Assembly: GCA_951406725.2 (NCBI GenBank)
Contig: OX597817.1
Span: forward strand, 47,678,001-47,742,000
Direction: 5' to 3'
DNA length: 64,000 bases
DNA from: Octopus vulgaris
Lineage: Eukaryota
Shown piece after piece: positions 60,110-64,000 of the stretch. The translations under genes were made by a program, and so were the position numbers. The notes under the pieces were generated by a model, which saw only the letters and a program-made list of their open reading frames with translations, ran no database searches and was not told the DNA's origin. Numbering within the stretch: position 1 is the first letter of the stretch; each line of letters opens with the position of its first letter.

Positions 60110-62211
60110 GTATGAATGTTGTTGATCTTGTTGTTATTGAGCATTTCTCCTTTTTATATGAAATGTTACTATCCTCTATATTTTGTGACCATTTCATTGA
60201 AATTCAGAATTTCAGATACTTGTTTTTTTCTGCATTTACTAAGTATTTCTATACCACAGTTATCCCTTTCATCATCATCATCATTTAACGTCCGTTTTCC
60301 ATGCTAGCATGGGTTGGACAGTTCGACCGGGGATCTGGGAAGCCCGAAGGCTGCACCAGGCTCTAGTCTGATCTGGCAGTGTTTCTACAGCCGGATGCCC
60401 TTCCTAACGCCAACCACTCTGTGAGTGTAGTGGGTGCATTTTACGTGCCAGGCGAGGCTGGCAACGGCCACGTTCGGATGGTGCTTTTTACGTGTCACCG
60501 GCACGGAAGCCAGTCTAGGCGGTGCTGGCATCGGCCACGTTCGGATGGTGCTTTTTACATGCCACCAGCACAGGGATCACAACTGCAGTTTCCATTGATT
60601 TTTGATGTTGGTGTACTTGACTCAATAGGTCTCCTCAAGCACAGGGTCGAAACGGTGTTTCTTTACTTGCCACCTGCACAGGAGTCAGTCCAGCGGCCCT
60701 GGCAACTGCCAGGTGCCAGTCATAGGATTGGTTCAATTTCGATTCATTATAATCATTTAACATCTGTGGTTCACGAAGGCATGGGTTGTACAATTTCAAG
60801 AGGATCTGACTGATCCAAAGAGTGCATTGTGTTCCTATGGTTGCTACAGCTGGACGCCCTTCTTAGTGCCAACCACTTTACAGAGTGTATTTGGGTTCCT
60901 ATTTTGTGACACCAGCACAAGTGAGATCACTTTACAACTTGCAAGGCTATGTTCCCCTTCAACTGAGCAGGGCTACAGTCGAGCGGGAAGCAGTCTATGA
61001 TATCGGTTGATTGCATCATTGTATAACAAACAACTGCTGTTTCTTTGCTAGTGTATAGTACTGGTATGCTGACACCACGATCAGCTAGCTCTCCCAGCAG
61101 TACACGTCTTTAAGCCTTCAGCACTTAAACTAGTTGTATCTTGTCAAAATATTCTGTTCATCATCATCATATATGTCTGCTTTCCATGCTGGCATGGGTT
61201 GGACGGTTTGACTGAGGCAGAAACGTTAGCACGCCAGTCGAAATGCATAGCCGTATTTCGTCTGCCGTTACGTTCTGAGTTCAAATTCCGCCAAGGTCGA
61301 CTTTGCCTTTCATCCTTTCAGGGTCGATTAAATAAGTACCAATTATGCACTGGGGTCGATGTAATTGACTTAATTCATGTGTCTGTCCTTGTTTAGCCCC
61401 TTGTGGGTAGTAAATAAATAGCTTTGACTGAGGACTGGCGAGCCAGATGGCTGCACCAGGCTCCAATCTGATCTGGCAGTTTCTACAACTGGATGCCCTT
61501 CCTAATGCCAACCTCTCCGAGAGTGTAGTGGGTGCTTTTACGTGCCACTAGCACAAGGGCCAATCAGGTGGTACTGGCAACGGCCATGCTCAAATGGTGC
61601 TTTTTATGTGCCACCTGCACAGGAGCCAGTCCAACGGAGCTGGCAACAACCTTGAAGACAACAAATTTCCAGTGATTTAATCTTTAGTAATTAAAAGAAA
61701 TCAGAAGCACTGTTCTAAGAAAAAAGTACAAAGCACATCTGAGAAGTAATTATATTGTGTACTCAAATTTTCATCATCATTTAACATCTGTTGTCCATGC
61801 TGGCATGGGTTAAACAGTGTGGCCAGAGCTGGCATGCTGGTTAGCATATGCACCAGACTCCAGCCTGTTCTGGCATGGTTTCTACAACTGGATACCCTTC
61901 CTAATGCCAGCCACTTTACAGAGTGTGCTAGGTACTTTTACGTGACACCACACAGGCGCTTTTATATGTTGTTTGTTCAGACTGGTCGACTCTGGCTTCT
62001 CACACCTACCCTACAATATCATTCAAAAAACAAACAATCACATCACTGAAGTCTTGAAACTGCAAAATAATGCATTATTATTTCAAAACTGTGTGAATAT
62101 GTACACATTACATTTGACTGAGAAATCTGAATACCAAAGGGTTAAAATCTCCCAAAACATTTGTTGATTAATTGTAATTCTTCTTCTGAATATTCTTTTT
62201 GGCTTTTCTAG

Positions 62212-62307
62212 GATCTTCTAGAACGAACTCACTGCGTCAACTATCTTGGCCATGCACATTGGGAATCGAAAGCTTTGGCTGTCATCGGTTATATTTCTGA
62301 TGTAAAA
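62212..62307 (+). CDS. KNTC1: KNTC1 coding exon 24
   Basis: tctag|DLLERTHCVNYLGHAHWESKALAVIGYISDVK|gttagt. Confidence 0.92.
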
Positions 62308-62644
62308 GTTAGTACTGTTTACCTGTTCTGCTAGTTCTACCGGCTGTTGAACTATTTTGACTTTTATTGTCTTGTTATTATTGTGTAGAATCCACTATTT
62401 GGTGTTTTTTCTCTTTTTCTTTGATGTCACCATTTTTAATGCCTCACTTAGCTTTACTTGAAAACCATTACCATATTTAATGGCACAAAAGATACTCAGG
62501 CATATTGGATGCACTCAAGTTTCAGAAGTACATCATCATCATACTTTAGTGTCCAGCTTTCCTTGCTGGCATGGGTTGGGCAGTTTGACTCGTGGATAGC
62601 AAGCCAGCGGCTGCACCGGGCTCCGATCTGATCTGGCGAAGTTT

Positions 62645-63131
62645 TGTAGCATGACACAAGAAACCAGCACCATTTTGTACTAGATCTTGCCGGCTGCCAT
62701 TGCCAGGTCCGAGACAGAAGCAAGATCTCGCCTACAACCATGTTTGCCATGCGCGAGACCACAGCGAGGCTCTTGTGCGCAACATCTATTTAAGGAGGTG
62801 TATTGAGCAACCCGTTCTCTTCTCTCACGTTGGCGTTCACGTTGAACAACACTGCAACGTAGCAGCTCACAGCGGATTCTTAACCCACTCTAACTTTACT
62901 CGTTATCTCCAGAGGTAATGTACCTCTCATGAATGGAGCTAATGAACTACATGCTGACATACAGATGGTTTCTGGGAGCAAACCCCTTGAAATGAGAACC
63001 AAATAAACAACCATTGAATTACATCCACTTGTAAGCCTCTTCTTCTTTGAGTTCCAGAATCCCAAGACTACAAAAAATTATTGTAATGGGAGGAGATACT
63101 CCACAGGTATAAGAAACCTAGTCCCATTACA
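62645..63131 (+). mobile_element. Probable solo LTR (Gypsy-like) inserted in an RTE-tail repeat
   Basis: TGTA...TACA termini; 4-bp TSD GTTT; TATA-like CTATTTAAGG; AATAAA at ~63002; host repeat resumes after the TSD. Confidence 0.72.
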
Positions 63132-63480
63132 GTTTCTATAACTGGATGCCCTTCCTAATGCCAACCACTCCAAGAATGTAGTGGGTGCTTTTTACGTGCC
63201 TTAGGAAAAACAGTTTTTAGTGCTTTAATCCTTTCATTACTAACCTGGCTGAAACCGGTTCTGGCTCTGATTACAAATGTGTTGTTTTCATAAGTTTTGA
63301 ATTAAAATCTTCCACCAAACCTTAGTCACAACTTATGTACCTAACACTAGCTTAATGATAACTAAGTTATTTTATTAAATTCTTTGTTATATTTAAAATT
63401 AATCGAAAGAAACACAGAACATCTCAAAATAAATACGCTAACAAAAGGGTTAAAATATATAATAGAGAAGCAATTCTTAA

Positions 63481-63686
63481 CCCTTTCGATACCAACCCGG
63501 CTGAAACCACCTCTGACTCTGTGGTACAAATGTCTTGTTTTCATAAGTTTTGAATTAAAACTTTCCACCAAACCTTAGTTATCATTCAGTTAGTATTAGG
63601 AACATAAATTGTGACTAAGTTATTTTACTTATATTTAAAGTAATTGAAAGAAACAGAATCTCAAAATAAATACAGTAACAAAAGGG
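63481..63686. mobile_element. piggyBac-type MITE
   Basis: TTAA|CCCTTTCGATAC ... GTAACAAAAGGG|TTAA. Confidence 0.82.
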
Positions 63687-64000
63687 TTAAAGCATGTAAT
63701 ATAAGCCCAATTTCACATATAGGATCCAGTTTTTTTCATTATTAAGACCTTGTTCTAGAAAAACAAAATTATGTCTCATATTCCATCAAAAATAATTAAC
63801 TGGGCATTTCAATACATTTTTATAAGAACTGCAGATGGCAGAATTAGTCAGACACTGTATTACTGTATTTATTTCTTTATTACCCACAGGGGGCTAAACA
63901 TGGAGGGGACAAACAAGAACAGACAAAGGGATTAAGTTGATTACATCAGTCCCAGTGCTTAACTGGTACTTATTTAATCGACCCTGAAAGGATGAAAGGC

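Larger units (their letters stand above)
23837..62307 (+). other. KNTC1: Gene span, 5' part (24 coding exons, 2337 nt): kinetochore-associated protein 1 (ROD, RZZ complex); continues past the window end
   Basis: Exons join in frame without stops. Motifs GTALYQV, RFEEAKNFAEQYGLD, DDHFVVQHCL, EWPSNAL, ETTESVVFRMLD and WESKALAVI parallel remembered vertebrate KNTC1 motifs (GTALYQV, RFAEAESFAIQFGLD, DDEFVVNYCL, NWPENGL, ENTTTIVFRMFD, WEAKAMAVI). Confidence 0.95.

Noticed and set aside
23969-62308. U12-type (minor) introns in KNTC1
   Set aside because: No donor matches RTATCCTT; weak donors such as GTTAGT and GTTCGT are still U2-type.

Overview
AT-rich, repeat-dense, intron-rich animal genomic DNA. 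The SINE, RTE and microsatellite content suggests a coleoid cephalopod such as Octopus (inference, no database check). Two protein-coding genes lie head-to-head, and both were reconstructed by hand from splice sites with consistent phases. PNPT1 (mitochondrial PNPase) is on the minus strand: 4 coding exons from ATG 18327 to 10468, continuing off the left edge. KNTC1/ROD (RZZ kinetochore protein) is on the plus strand: 24 coding exons from 23837 to 62307, 779 codons, continuing off the right edge. Introns hold tRNA-derived SINEs, RTE-LINE pieces, mariner and DD41D remnants, non-autonomous Helitrons, hAT- and piggyBac-type MITEs and a probable solo LTR. Nearly all ORFs in the supplied track are repeat artefacts. 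Most notable: (1) a ~2 kb non-LTR element carrying only a Tx1/L1-type ORF1, flanked by a TSD inside a SINE head, whose 3' tail is shared with an abundant SINE that tends to insert at RGTA sites; (2) tRNA-headed short elements carrying Penelope-type minimal hammerhead ribozyme motifs; (3) E2F/CDE-CHR modules in the intergenic region; (4) several fold-back palindromes.
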